Shown here one piece after another: positions 52,441-62,319 of a stretch of DNA of 64,000 bases. This stretch comes from Comamonadaceae bacterium (GTDB lineage Bacteria; Pseudomonadota; Gammaproteobacteria; Burkholderiales; Burkholderiaceae_C). The stretch lies in the NCBI GenBank assembly GCA_947485165.1, contig CANKRG010000001.1, forward strand, positions 17,719 to 81,718. Reading direction: 5' to 3'. The first letter of the stretch is position 1, and each line of letters starts with the position of its first letter. The notes under the pieces were generated by a model that saw only the letters and a list, made by a program, of their open reading frames with translations, did not search any database and was not told where the DNA came from. Position numbers and translations under genes: made by a program.

Positions 52441-54027
52441 ATGACAAACCTCAGCCCACCCCCCCACGATACTAGCCCACCACATGCAGCACCCAGATTG
52501 CATCTGAGTGCCATCACCAAGCGATATGCCTCTCTCGTTGCGAACAGTGAGGTGTCACTGACGGTGCTACCTGGCGAGATTCATGCACTCTTGGGGGAAA
52601 ACGGGGCTGGAAAATCGACCTTGGTGAAAATCATCTACGGCTCGGTCAAACCTGATGAGGGCAGCGTCAGTTTCAATGGCAGCCAAGTTCATATCCGCAA
52701 CCCCCAAGCAGCCCGCGCCTTGGGCATCAGCATGGTTTTCCAGCACTTCAGTTTATTTGAGACTTTGAGCGTGGCTGAAAACGTGTGGTTAGGATTGGAT
52801 AAACACCTGACGCTGGCTGAAGTGACTCAGCGCATTTCTGCTAAAGCCAGTGAGTACGGCTTAGACATTGATCCGAGTCGTCCGGTTTATACCTTAAGCG
52901 TCGGTGAAATGCAGCGCGTTGAAATCATCCGTGCTTTGCTCACCAATCCCCAGTTGCTGATTTTGGATGAGCCGACTTCTGTGCTCACACCGCAAGCGGT
53001 TGTAAAGCTGTTTGTGGTGTTGAAAAAGCTGTCCTCAGAGGGGTGCAGCATTTTGTATATCAGCCACAAACTCCATGAAATTCGGGAGCTATGCACCGCT
53101 TGTACAGTTTTGCGCGCGGGCAAAGTCACCGGGCATTGCAACCCACAAAATGAAAGCAATGCCTCACTCAGCCGCATGATGATTGGTGCTGAACCGCCTG
53201 CTTTAGAGCATCGTGCAGCTCATGCAGGCAATGTTGTTTTAGGTGTTCATCAATTAACTTTGCCGCGTATTGATCAATTTGGCATGAACCTCAACGCGGT
53301 TTCGTTGAATGTGAGAGCTGGTGAGGTTGTCGGCATTGCGGGTGTTTCGGGCAATGGGCAACGTGAGTTGATGTACGCCTTGTCAGGCGAGGACACCCGC
53401 GCTGATGGTGGTATGGTGACTTTGTTTGGCGCGGCGGTTGGGCATCTGGGGCCTGCAGAACGCAGACGTCTTGGTGTGCAATTTGTCCCTGAAGAACGCC
53501 TAGGTCGCGGTGCTGTGCCCAGTATGAGCTTGGCGCACAATTTAATGCTGACCCGAAATATTGCGATTTCCAAAACGGGTTGGATTCGGGTCAAAGACTT
53601 GGCGAAGCAAGCCGATGGCATCATCGCCCGTTTCAAAGTCAAAGCCAGCGGTGCGCAGGCAACTGCAAAATCGTTGTCTGGCGGCAATTTACAAAAATTT
53701 ATTGTGGGTAGAGAAATTGAAGCCGAACCCAAGCTCTTCATCGTCTCGCAGCCCACATGGGGAGTCGATGTCGGTGCGGCGGCGCAAATTCGAGGTGAGA
53801 TATTGGCTTTGCGTGATGCAGGCTGCGCCGTGCTGGTGGTGAGCGAGGAGCTGGATGAGTTGTTTGAAATCAGTGATCGCCTTCACGTCATGGCCAAAGG
53901 GCAGCTGTCGCCTTCACTGAAACGTGAAGATGCAACGGTTTCGCTCGTAGGTGAATGGATGAGCGGCTTGTGGCCCGACACAACGCCTAGTGCTGCCCAC
54001 GTTTTGGCTGAGAAGGAAACTGCATGA
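52441..54027 (+). CDS. ABC transporter ATP-binding protein, tandem ATPase domains (CUT2/nucleoside-sugar type)
   Basis: 528-aa ORF with two NBDs. The first has Walker A GENGAGKST and signature LSVGEMQRVEI. The second has GVSGNGQRE and LSGGNLQKF. Confidence 0.9.
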   Translation: MTNLSPPPHDTSPPHAAPRLHLSAITKRYASLVANSEVSLTVLPGEIHALLGENGAGKSTLVKIIYGSVKPDEGSVSFNGSQVHIRNPQAARALGISMVFQHFSLFETLSVAENVWLGLDKHLTLAEVTQRISAKASEYGLDIDPSRPVYTLSVGEMQRVEIIRALLTNPQLLILDEPTSVLTPQAVVKLFVVLKKLSSEGCSILYISHKLHEIRELCTACTVLRAGKVTGHCNPQNESNASLSRMMIGAEPPALEHRAAHAGNVVLGVHQLTLPRIDQFGMNLNAVSLNVRAGEVVGIAGVSGNGQRELMYALSGEDTRADGGMVTLFGAAVGHLGPAERRRLGVQFVPEERLGRGAVPSMSLAHNLMLTRNIAISKTGWIRVKDLAKQADGIIARFKVKASGAQATAKSLSGGNLQKFIVGREIEAEPKLFIVSQPTWGVDVGAAAQIRGEILALRDAGCAVLVVSEELDELFEISDRLHVMAKGQLSPSLKREDATVSLVGEWMSGLWPDTTPSAAHVLAEKETA

Positions 54028-55118
54028 TACATTTAAAACTAGAGCCACGTGCGCAAAACTCTACGTTTTGGAGCTACGGCTCACCTGTCTTAGCCTTGCT
54101 GCTGACGGTGGTTATCGGGGTTTTACTGTTCATGGCTTTGGGCAAAGACCCTGTCCGTGGGTTGCAAATGTTTTTTTGGGAACCGATTCGCTCTGGCTAC
54201 GCCTGGGGCGAGTTGATGGTGAAAGCCACGCCGTTGTTAATCATCGCGCTGGGCTTGGCGGTTTGTTTCCGCTCTAACGTCTGGAACATTGGTGCAGAAG
54301 GCCAATTTGTCATTGGTGCACTGGCTGCGGGTGGTGTGGCATTGATGGCTGGCAAAGACACCAGCCGATGGATTGTCATGGTGATTTTAATAGCGGGTAT
54401 GTTTGGCGGCATGGCTTGGGCAGGCATCACTGCATTTCTACGTGACAAATTCAATGCCAATGAAATTTTGGTGAGTCTCATGCTGGTTTATGTGGCCGAT
54501 TTATTACTGGGTTACATGGTTTACGGTCCGTGGAAAGACCCGAATGGCTTTAACTTTCCGCAAAGCAAAACATTTGAAGCGGTGACGAATATTCCCAGAC
54601 TCATGCAAGGTTCACGCATGACGATTGGTTTGCCCATTGCGATGGCAGCCGCTGCAGCGCTGTGGATATTTTTATTCCGCACACGGGCAGGTTTTGCACA
54701 GCAAGTCGGCGGCTTGGCACCTGCTGCAGCGCGCTATGCTGGGTTTTCCAGCCGCCGGGCGTTGTGGGTGGCGATGCTGTGTTCGGGTGCGGCGGCGGGT
54801 TTGGCGGGTGCGCTAGAAGTGGCTGGCCCGATTGGGCAACTCACACCCTATGTGCCCGCAGGCTACGGTTTTGCGGCCATCATCGTCGCATTTGTGGGGC
54901 GACTGCATCCTGTAGGAATGATTTTCTCGGCTGTCCTAATGAGCATGTTTTACATAGGCGGCGAGCTGGCGCAGTCGCGTTTGGGTTTGCCTAAATCGAT
55001 CACGGGTGTGTTTCAAGGTTTGCTGTTGTTCAGTTTGCTAGCTTGCGACACCTTGCTTACCTACAAGTTGGTTATGACATCGACACCTTCTAAATCAACC
55101 GTAGGAGGCGCTGTTTGA
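54024..55118 (+). CDS. ABC transporter permease (BMP/CUT2 system)
   Basis: 364-aa polytopic ORF translationally coupled (ATGA) to the ATPase gene. Confidence 0.88.
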   Translation: MIHLKLEPRAQNSTFWSYGSPVLALLLTVVIGVLLFMALGKDPVRGLQMFFWEPIRSGYAWGELMVKATPLLIIALGLAVCFRSNVWNIGAEGQFVIGALAAGGVALMAGKDTSRWIVMVILIAGMFGGMAWAGITAFLRDKFNANEILVSLMLVYVADLLLGYMVYGPWKDPNGFNFPQSKTFEAVTNIPRLMQGSRMTIGLPIAMAAAAALWIFLFRTRAGFAQQVGGLAPAAARYAGFSSRRALWVAMLCSGAAAGLAGALEVAGPIGQLTPYVPAGYGFAAIIVAFVGRLHPVGMIFSAVLMSMFYIGGELAQSRLGLPKSITGVFQGLLLFSLLACDTLLTYKLVMTSTPSKSTVGGAV

Positions 55119-56032
55119 TGGAAGCCTACGCACTCTTAATTGCCGCCACACTCAACGCAGGCACAGTTTTAGCCATAGCAGCACTGGGCTTACTCATCAA
55201 TGAAAAAGCCGGTGTTGTTAACCTAGGTGCAGAAGGCATGATGCTGTGCGCAGCGATTGCGGGCTTTGCCACCGTTGTGCATACGGGGAATGTGTGGCTG
55301 GGTTTCTTGGCCGGTATGGCGGCGGGTGCGTTTTTAGCCGCGCTGTTTGGTGGTTTGGTCATTTGGCTGGGCACCAACCAATACGCCACGGGTTTGGCCT
55401 TGACGCTGTTTGGCACTGGCTTTTCAGCTTTTGCCGGCATCAAGTACGTGCAAGAAAAGCTGCCAGAGCAAACGCAAAACAGCATTCCTGTTTTGGGCGA
55501 TATTCCGCTCATTGGCCAAGCCTTGTTTCGCCATCACCCTATGGTTTACATCACGATTGGGTTGATGTTTGGTTTGATCTGGTTTTTGTATCGTACCCGC
55601 GCAGGCTTGGTGCTGCGCTCGGTGGGGGAATCGCCCGAGTCAGCGCATGCTTTGGGTTATCCGGTTCGACGTATTCGGTTGTGGGCCGTCATGGCTGGTG
55701 GCGCACTGTGCGGTCTTTCTGGTGCTTACTTAGCGACCATTTATACGCCGCTGTGGGTGGAAGGTATGGTGTCGGGCAAGGGTTGGATTGCTTTAGCCTT
55801 AACGACTTTTGCCACTTGGCGACCTGCGCGGGTGCTACTGGGCGCCTATTTGTTTGGTGGTTTTACTCTCTTTCAGCTGCATTTACAGGGTGCGGGGGTA
55901 GAAATACCTAGTCAATTCCTCAGCATGATGCCTTATATTATTACGATTGTGGTTTTGGTGCTGATTTCACGAAATGCAGCTTTTATTCGTATCAATATGC
56001 CGGCATCGCTGGGCAAACCTTTTTCCACCTAA
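55115..56032 (+). CDS. ABC transporter permease (BMP/CUT2 system)
   Basis: 305-aa polytopic ORF with a 4-bp overlap with the preceding permease gene. Confidence 0.88.
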   Translation: MMEAYALLIAATLNAGTVLAIAALGLLINEKAGVVNLGAEGMMLCAAIAGFATVVHTGNVWLGFLAGMAAGAFLAALFGGLVIWLGTNQYATGLALTLFGTGFSAFAGIKYVQEKLPEQTQNSIPVLGDIPLIGQALFRHHPMVYITIGLMFGLIWFLYRTRAGLVLRSVGESPESAHALGYPVRRIRLWAVMAGGALCGLSGAYLATIYTPLWVEGMVSGKGWIALALTTFATWRPARVLLGAYLFGGFTLFQLHLQGAGVEIPSQFLSMMPYIITIVVLVLISRNAAFIRINMPASLGKPFST

Positions 56033-56118
56033 ATTCCAAGTTGTTTTCTGGCTTATTTCTTGCTCAGTTTATTTTCTCAACCGCTCTCTTAGTTTAATTT
56101 TAAAAAGGACTCTTTGAC

Positions 56119-57288
56119 ATGACAGACTTTCAAAAACGCACACTCTTAAAAGTTGCCGCTATGACCACGATTGCCGCTGCCGCTTTGGTCGGTTGTGGCA
56201 AAAAAGAAGAAGTCAAGCCTGCCGCCGCCGCACCAGCAGTACCTGTTGCGGCACCTGCACCGGCCAAGCCAGAGCCATTAAAAGTGGCTTTCGCCTACGT
56301 TGGCCCTGTGGGCGACGGTGGCTGGACGTTTGCGCATGACAACGCGCGCAAAGCGGTTGAAAAAGAATTTGGCGACAAAATTGTCACCAGCTTTGTGGAG
56401 AAAGTGCCTGAATCGGCCGACGCAGAGCGCGTGTTCCGTGACTTGGTTGGCCAAGGCAACAAGCTGATTTTCGGCACCACTTTCGGCTACATGGAGCCTA
56501 TGCTCAAAGTCGCAGCCGACACCAAAGGTGTGAGCTTCGAGCACGCCACCGGCTACAAACAAGCTGACAACATGCGCACTTACGACAGCCGCACCTACGA
56601 AGGCGCGTACATGGCTGGCGTGATTGCCGGCAAGATGACCAAAACCAACACGCTGGGCGTCGTCGGCTCTATACCAATTCCTGAAGTGATTCGCAACATC
56701 AACAGCTTCACCATGGGCGCACAGTCGGTTAACCCAAAAATCAAAACCCGTGTGGTTTGGGTCAACGAATGGTTCAATCCAGGCAAAGAAACCGAAGCAG
56801 CAACTACTTTGATCAACGGTGGCGCTGACGTCTTGATGCAAAACACCGACTCATCCGCTGTGTTGCAAACGGCTGAAAAGCTCGGTAAACGCGCTTTCGG
56901 CTGGGATTCAGACATGACAGCCTACGGACCGAAAGCCCATTTGGGTTCAGCCGTTATCAATTGGGCACCGTACTACATCAAAGCCACTGGCGAAGCCTTG
57001 GCTGGTACATGGAAAGGCGGCAGCGCTGCTTGGTGGGGTGTGAAAGAAGGCGCGATTGACATGGTCAATGTCGCCGCTGACGTGCCAGCAGAGACCAAAG
57101 CCAAGGTTGACGAAATCAAAGCTGGCCTGAAAGCCGGTACTTTCGCCATCTGGAAAGGCCCAATCATGGGTAGCGACGGCAAAGAAGTGCTGGCGAAAGA
57201 CGCCGTGGCTGATGACAAGTTCATGGGTGGCATCAACTTCTACGTCAAGGGCGTGGAAGGTAAAGTACCCGGTGGCGATAAAAAGTAA
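56119..57288 (+). CDS. BMP-family (PnrA/Med-like) ABC substrate-binding lipoprotein, probable purine nucleoside binding
   Basis: 389-aa ORF with lipobox ALVGCGKK and an Ala/Pro linker. The BMP family pattern (KVAFAYVGPVGDGGWT..., GVVGSIPIPEV) is present. Confidence 0.88.
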   Translation: MTDFQKRTLLKVAAMTTIAAAALVGCGKKEEVKPAAAAPAVPVAAPAPAKPEPLKVAFAYVGPVGDGGWTFAHDNARKAVEKEFGDKIVTSFVEKVPESADAERVFRDLVGQGNKLIFGTTFGYMEPMLKVAADTKGVSFEHATGYKQADNMRTYDSRTYEGAYMAGVIAGKMTKTNTLGVVGSIPIPEVIRNINSFTMGAQSVNPKIKTRVVWVNEWFNPGKETEAATTLINGGADVLMQNTDSSAVLQTAEKLGKRAFGWDSDMTAYGPKAHLGSAVINWAPYYIKATGEALAGTWKGGSAAWWGVKEGAIDMVNVAADVPAETKAKVDEIKAGLKAGTFAIWKGPIMGSDGKEVLAKDAVADDKFMGGINFYVKGVEGKVPGGDKK

Positions 57289-57305
57289 TTTGAATCGGTA
57301 ATTTT

Positions 57306-57334
57306 AAAGAGGCTACTTTCGAGTAGCCTTTTTT
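57306..57334 (+). terminator. Rho-independent terminator after the BMP lipoprotein gene
   Basis: AAAG-AGGCTACT-ttcg-AGTAGCCT-TTTTT: an 8-bp perfect stem, tetraloop and T-run. Confidence 0.85.
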
Positions 57335-57351
57335 ATTGCAAAATAAGCAAT

Positions 57352-58389
57352 ATGTATCAAGTAAAACATATCCCCACAGACCGCCTGCCCGATTTGCTCC
57401 ACGCCATGCCCAAAGCCGAGCTGCACATCCACATCGAAGGTTCGTTAGAGCCGGAGATGATCTTCAGCCTCGCCAAGCGCAACGGTCTGAGTTTGCCCTA
57501 CGCCAGCGTGGACGAACTGCGCCGCGCTTATGCTTTTACCAATTTGCAGAGTTTTTTGGATATCTACTACGCAGGCGCTAGTGTCCTGCTGAAAGAGCAA
57601 GACTTTTACGACCTGGCCGTCGCATATATTGCCAAGGCTGCTATTGATAATGTAGCGGTTTGCGAGATTTTTTTCGACCCCCAAAGCCATACTGAGCGTG
57701 GCGTGAGCATGGGCACCGTCATCAATGGCTTGCACCGCGCCTGTGTGGAAGCCCAAGCCAAGCACGGTATCAGCGCCAGTTTGATCATGTGCTTTCTGCG
57801 CCATTTGAGCGAAGAAGCAGCCTTTGAAACGCTGGAAGCTGCCATGCCTTTCCGCGACAAATTCATCGGCATCGGCCTGGATTCTGGCGAAGTGGGCAAC
57901 CCGCCTGAGAAGTTTGCCAAGGTGTTTGCCAAATGCCGCGAGCTGGACTTGCACTTGGTCGCCCACGCGGGTGAAGAAGGCCCGCCAGCCTATGTTTGGA
58001 CTGCGCTTGATGTGCTCAAAGTCGAGCGTATCGACCACGGTGTGCAGTCCAGCAAAGACGCTTTGTTGATGGCGCGGCTGAAAAAAGACCGTATTCCGCT
58101 CACCGTTTGCCCGCTGTCCAACTTAAAACTCTGTGTTTTCAAGGACTTGGCAGATCACAACCTGCCTCAATTGCTTGATGCTGGCCTGTGCGCCATGGTC
58201 AACTCCGACGACCCCAGCTACTTTGGCGGCTACATGAACGACAACTTCCTGCAAACCTTCGCTGCGACAGGCATGACCGCTCAGCACGCTTACCAGCTGG
58301 CGCGTAATAGTTTTGAGGCGAGTTTTCTTGACGCATCCGCTAAACGCCGTCACATGGATAAGCTGAACGCCGTTTTCGAAACTTTTTAA
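57352..58389 (+). CDS. Adenosine/adenine deaminase superfamily enzyme; the N-terminal motif suggests the Aah1/ADE type-2 adenine deaminase subgroup
   Basis: 345-aa ORF. PKAELHIHIEGSLEPEMIF resembles the Aah1-type adenine deaminase metal site rather than the E. coli Add N-terminal metal-binding region as I recall it. ..HAGEEGP.. and ..SDDPSYFGGY are also present. Confidence 0.85.
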   Translation: MYQVKHIPTDRLPDLLHAMPKAELHIHIEGSLEPEMIFSLAKRNGLSLPYASVDELRRAYAFTNLQSFLDIYYAGASVLLKEQDFYDLAVAYIAKAAIDNVAVCEIFFDPQSHTERGVSMGTVINGLHRACVEAQAKHGISASLIMCFLRHLSEEAAFETLEAAMPFRDKFIGIGLDSGEVGNPPEKFAKVFAKCRELDLHLVAHAGEEGPPAYVWTALDVLKVERIDHGVQSSKDALLMARLKKDRIPLTVCPLSNLKLCVFKDLADHNLPQLLDAGLCAMVNSDDPSYFGGYMNDNFLQTFAATGMTAQHAYQLARNSFEASFLDASAKRRHMDKLNAVFETF

Positions 58390-58398
58390 GGGGTAAAC

Positions 58399-59769
58399 AT
58401 GACCCAAGCCTACCGCGCCCGTATTTTGAGTTTCGATGCACAGGCTACGCCATCAAATTCCGCAAGGCTAGATCAAGACGGATTGCTTGTCATTGGCGCG
58501 AACGAGCAGGGCAGGCAAGTGGTGCAGATGGTGGGTGATTACAACTTGCTGGCGGATGAGTTCAAATCCCGTCACGCCGATGTGACTGTCCAACATCTGC
58601 CAGACCGCATTATTGCGCCCGGTTTTGTCGACACCCACGTGCATTACCCGCAGACGGACGTGATTGGCTCCCCCGCTGAAGGTTTGCTGCCGTGGCTGGA
58701 AAGCTACACATTTCCAGAAGAAAAACGATTCGTAGACGTTGAATATGCCGCTCAATCTGCTTCTTTTTTTATAGCAGAATTGCTGCGAAATGGCGTCACC
58801 ACCGCACTCACCTTTGCCACATCACACGTCGCGTCTGTCGATGCTTTGTTTACTGAGGCTCAGAAAAACAGCATGCGCCTTATCACTGGGAAATGTATGC
58901 AAGACCGCAACAGCCCAGATGGCGTGCGGGACCAGCCCAGTTCGAATGGGCTGCACGATGCAACAGAGCAAAGCTTGATCGACACCGAGTTGCTGATGCA
59001 CAAATGGCATGGTGTCGACCGCCTAGGCTACGCCTTCACACCACGCTTTGCCCCCAGCTGTAGCGACGCCCAGCTGCGCGGCTTGGGCGAGCTGGCGGCC
59101 AAATACCCCGATGTGTGGATTCAGTCCCACGTCGCCGAAAACGTCGAAGAAATCACCTGGGCGCTCTCGCTTTTCCCCCAAGCCCGCTCGTATTTGCAGA
59201 TTTATGACGACTTCGGCCTGATGCGCCAACGCGCTGTTTACGCCCACTGCATCCACCTAGACGCCACAGACCGCGCCTTGATGCAATCCACAGGCGCTGC
59301 TGCGGCCGTATGCCCAACCAGTAATTTATTCTTAGGCAGCGGCTATTTTGACTACCGCGCGGCGGACGACGCCGGCATGGCCTACGCACTGGCCAGCGAC
59401 GTAGGCGGCGGCACCAGCTTCAGCCCCTTCCACACCATGCTAGCCGCCTATTACGTTGGCCGCGCCACCGTCAAAACCGCCCTGTTTCAAGGCGGCCAAC
59501 CCAAGCTGGGCATGAGCCTGTCACCGCAAAACCTCTGGTGGCAGCACACCACAGGCGCGGCGAAAGCGCTGGGTTTAGAAGGCGTCATCGGCAACTTGGC
59601 AGTCGGTTGCGAAGCAGATTTCATCATTCTCAACCCTCAAGCCACGCCCTTGCTAGAGCGCCGCACCGCCCGCGCTGAGAGCCTAGACGAACTCCTCTTC
59701 GCCATGATTGTCTTGGGCGATGACCGCTTGATCGAAAAAACCGTGATTTCGCAGCAGTTGGCGTCGTGA
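58399..59769 (+). CDS. guaD: Guanine deaminase
   Basis: 456-aa ORF with the amidohydrolase metal site GFVDTHVHYPQ, plus ..SHVAEN.. and ..LASDVGGG.., typical of guanine deaminase. Confidence 0.88.
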   Translation: MTQAYRARILSFDAQATPSNSARLDQDGLLVIGANEQGRQVVQMVGDYNLLADEFKSRHADVTVQHLPDRIIAPGFVDTHVHYPQTDVIGSPAEGLLPWLESYTFPEEKRFVDVEYAAQSASFFIAELLRNGVTTALTFATSHVASVDALFTEAQKNSMRLITGKCMQDRNSPDGVRDQPSSNGLHDATEQSLIDTELLMHKWHGVDRLGYAFTPRFAPSCSDAQLRGLGELAAKYPDVWIQSHVAENVEEITWALSLFPQARSYLQIYDDFGLMRQRAVYAHCIHLDATDRALMQSTGAAAAVCPTSNLFLGSGYFDYRAADDAGMAYALASDVGGGTSFSPFHTMLAAYYVGRATVKTALFQGGQPKLGMSLSPQNLWWQHTTGAAKALGLEGVIGNLAVGCEADFIILNPQATPLLERRTARAESLDELLFAMIVLGDDRLIEKTVISQQLAS

Positions 59770-59806
59770 AATCACTGGAGTTGTGATTTTTACCCCTTAA
59801 ATATGC

Positions 59807-59852
59807 CGATAGCCAGCGTATTTACTGCCTAAACAGCTATCAAAAAAATAGC
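59807..59852 (-). repeat. Interspersed ~45-bp repeat, copy 8
   Basis: CGATAGCCaGCGTATTTAcTGCCTAAacaGCTATcaaaaaaATAGC in the guaD-dcd spacer. Confidence 0.8.
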
Positions 59853-59929
59853 ATAAATCGCATTGCAAAATCCCCACCGCAATACGGCACAATAACAACC
59901 CATTCGACATTTTTTTACTGGAGATTCCC

Positions 59930-60496
59930 TTGTCCATCCTAGCTGACCACCAAATCCGCGAACTCGCACAGAAGCACGGCATGATTGAGCCGTTTGAGCC
60001 GGGGCAGGTGCGGGAGAAGGAAGGGAAGAAGATCATCAGCTATGGCACCAGCAGCTATGGCTACGATATTCGCTGTGCGCCTGAGTTCAAGGTGTTCACC
60101 AACATCCACAGCACGGTCGTTGACCCTAAAAACTTCGACGAAAAAAGCTTTGTCGATTTTGAGGGCGACAGCTGCATCATTCCGCCGAACAGCTTTGCAC
60201 TGGCGCGAACCATGGAGTATTTCCGCATTCCACGCAATTTGTTGACGGTTTGCCTCGGTAAAAGCACTTATGCGCGCTGCGGCATCATTGTCAACGTGAC
60301 GCCGTTTGAGCCGGAGTGGGAGGGCTTTGTGACACTGGAATTCAGCAACACCACGCCGTTGCCCGCCAAAATCTACGCTGGCGAAGGCTGCGCGCAGGTG
60401 TTATTCTTCAAGGCTGACGAGGTGTGCACCACCAGTTACAAAGACCGTGGCGGCAAATACCAAGGGCAGACGGGGGTGACGCTGCCAAAAGCGTAA
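59930..60496 (+). CDS. dcd: dCTP deaminase
   Basis: 188-aa ORF with a TTG start (GGAG 7 nt upstream). Motifs include SSYGYD.R, GKS.YARCGI.VNVTP.EP.W.G..TLE.SN. Confidence 0.93.
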   Translation: MSILADHQIRELAQKHGMIEPFEPGQVREKEGKKIISYGTSSYGYDIRCAPEFKVFTNIHSTVVDPKNFDEKSFVDFEGDSCIIPPNSFALARTMEYFRIPRNLLTVCLGKSTYARCGIIVNVTPFEPEWEGFVTLEFSNTTPLPAKIYAGEGCAQVLFFKADEVCTTSYKDRGGKYQGQTGVTLPKA

Positions 60497-60652
60497 ACCT
60501 CTGCAGAAACGCACACAAGGAGTACGACCGTGAAATGGGAAGGCAAGCGGGCAGCGTGAAGAGCTGCGATACGTTTAGTACGCGCGATTTGTAATCCACG
60601 CACTGCAGTCGTGTACTGCAGACGAATCTAAGACGATTTCCAAGACTTTTTC

Positions 60653-60694
60653 AAAAGCAATTTACTGGATTTATGCCCCGTGGATTGCTTTTTT
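60653..60694 (+). terminator. Terminator-like hairpin with T-run, ~40 bp upstream of the rhlE start (weak call)
   Basis: AAAAGCAAT-22 nt-ATTGCTTTT, with the T-run continuing to 60694. The loop is large for an intrinsic terminator. Confidence 0.4.
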
Positions 60695-60732
60695 CACGTC
60701 TGGCCTCGCAAAATGCGACAATAGAGGGCTAA

Positions 60733-62292
60733 ATGACTTCATCTTTTTCACAACTATCGCTAGCCCCGTCGCTGGCACGCGCCGTAGCCGACATGGGCTA
60801 CGAAACCATGACACCCATCCAAGAGCAGGCGATTCCTGTGGTTTTGGAAGGCCGAGACGTGATGGGCGCTGCCCAAACCGGCACCGGCAAAACGGCGGCC
60901 TTCTCGCTACCGTTGATTCAACGCATGTTGAAGCACGAGAACGCCTCCACCTCACCCGCCCGCCACCCTGTGCGCGCTTTGGTGCTGCTGCCGACTCGCG
61001 AGCTGGCCGATCAGGTCGCCCAACAAGTGAAAGCCTACGCCAAGTACACCCAAATCCGCAGCGCGGTGGTGTTTGGCGGCATGGACATGAAGCCGCAAAC
61101 GATCGAGCTGAAAGCCGGCGTCGAGATTTTGGTCGCCACCCCAGGCCGTCTGCTGGACCATATTGAAGCCAAAAACTGCGTGTTGAACCAAGTCGAGTAT
61201 GTCGTTCTGGACGAAGCAGATCGCATGCTGGATATCGGCTTTTTGCCCGATTTAGAGCGGATTTTGAGCTATTTACCTAAGCAACGGACGACTTTGCTGT
61301 TCTCTGCCACGTTTTCGCCAGAGATCAAACGCCTCTCCAGCAGCTACCTGCAAAACCCGGTCACCATCGAGGTGGCGCGGCCGAATCAAACCGCCTCTAC
61401 GGTGACGCAGCATTTCTACAGCGTGCCTAGCGACGACAAACGCCACGCTTTGCATGCTTTGTTGAAGCAAAACGGCATCAAACAAGCTTTCGTGTTTGTC
61501 AACAGCAAGCTGGGTTGTGCCCGTTTGGCGCGTACGCTGGAAAACGAAGGCCTCAAAGCCACGGCGCTGCATGGTGACAAGAGCCAGGACGAGCGCTTGA
61601 AGGCGCTGGAAGCTTTCAAAAGCGGCGCGGTTGATCTGCTTATCGCCACCGATGTGGCCGCTCGCGGTTTGGACATCAAAGATGTGCCGGCCGTGTTCAA
61701 CTTTGATTTGCCGTTCAACGCCGAAGATTACGTGCACCGAATTGGCCGCACAGGCCGCGCGGGTGCATCAGGTATTGCTATCAGCTTTGTAGCGCCTAGT
61801 GATGGCCGCTTGGTGGTTGATCTGGAGAAATTGCTCAAAACAAAGATTGAGCTTGAGGCTATCGAGTACCCGGAGGACTTGCCGGATATCCGCAAACAAG
61901 GCCGCATCAACGATGGCCGCCGTATGTATGCAGAGAACGACGGCGACAGCAATGGCGAAGGTAGCAGTAGGTCAAATCGTAACAGCAGCCGTGACCGCAG
62001 TGGTCGAGATGATTCGCAAAGTCAAGGTGAGCGTTATGCGTTCAAAGGCCCAAAAGCCAAAACGCAGGATCCGTTTTTTGACAAACCGTATGAATCTGCA
62101 CCGGTTGCACTAGCAGTTGAGGGCGCAACAGCCGCTGCAACACCCGCGTGGGAAGCAGCCGCTAAGGCCAGCCCTGCGCGTGCCGGTAAATCCGCCAATA
62201 TTCGCTCTAAAAAGCGTGTGGCTGCCTTGTTTCAAGCGATTGCAAAGCCAGTAGTTGCAGAACCTGTGCCAGAAACTGCCGAAATCATCTAG
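60733..62292 (+). CDS. rhlE: ATP-dependent DEAD-box RNA helicase (RhlE-like) with a basic/low-complexity C-terminal extension
   Basis: 519-aa ORF with a Q-motif region, AQTGTGKT, DEAD (VLDEADRMLD), SAT and HRIGRTGRAG. Confidence 0.9.
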   Translation: MTSSFSQLSLAPSLARAVADMGYETMTPIQEQAIPVVLEGRDVMGAAQTGTGKTAAFSLPLIQRMLKHENASTSPARHPVRALVLLPTRELADQVAQQVKAYAKYTQIRSAVVFGGMDMKPQTIELKAGVEILVATPGRLLDHIEAKNCVLNQVEYVVLDEADRMLDIGFLPDLERILSYLPKQRTTLLFSATFSPEIKRLSSSYLQNPVTIEVARPNQTASTVTQHFYSVPSDDKRHALHALLKQNGIKQAFVFVNSKLGCARLARTLENEGLKATALHGDKSQDERLKALEAFKSGAVDLLIATDVAARGLDIKDVPAVFNFDLPFNAEDYVHRIGRTGRAGASGIAISFVAPSDGRLVVDLEKLLKTKIELEAIEYPEDLPDIRKQGRINDGRRMYAENDGDSNGEGSSRSNRNSSRDRSGRDDSQSQGERYAFKGPKAKTQDPFFDKPYESAPVALAVEGATAAATPAWEAAAKASPARAGKSANIRSKKRVAALFQAIAKPVVAEPVPETAEII

Positions 62293-62319
62293 ATTTTTAG
62301 CTAAGTTTTTAACTGGGCT

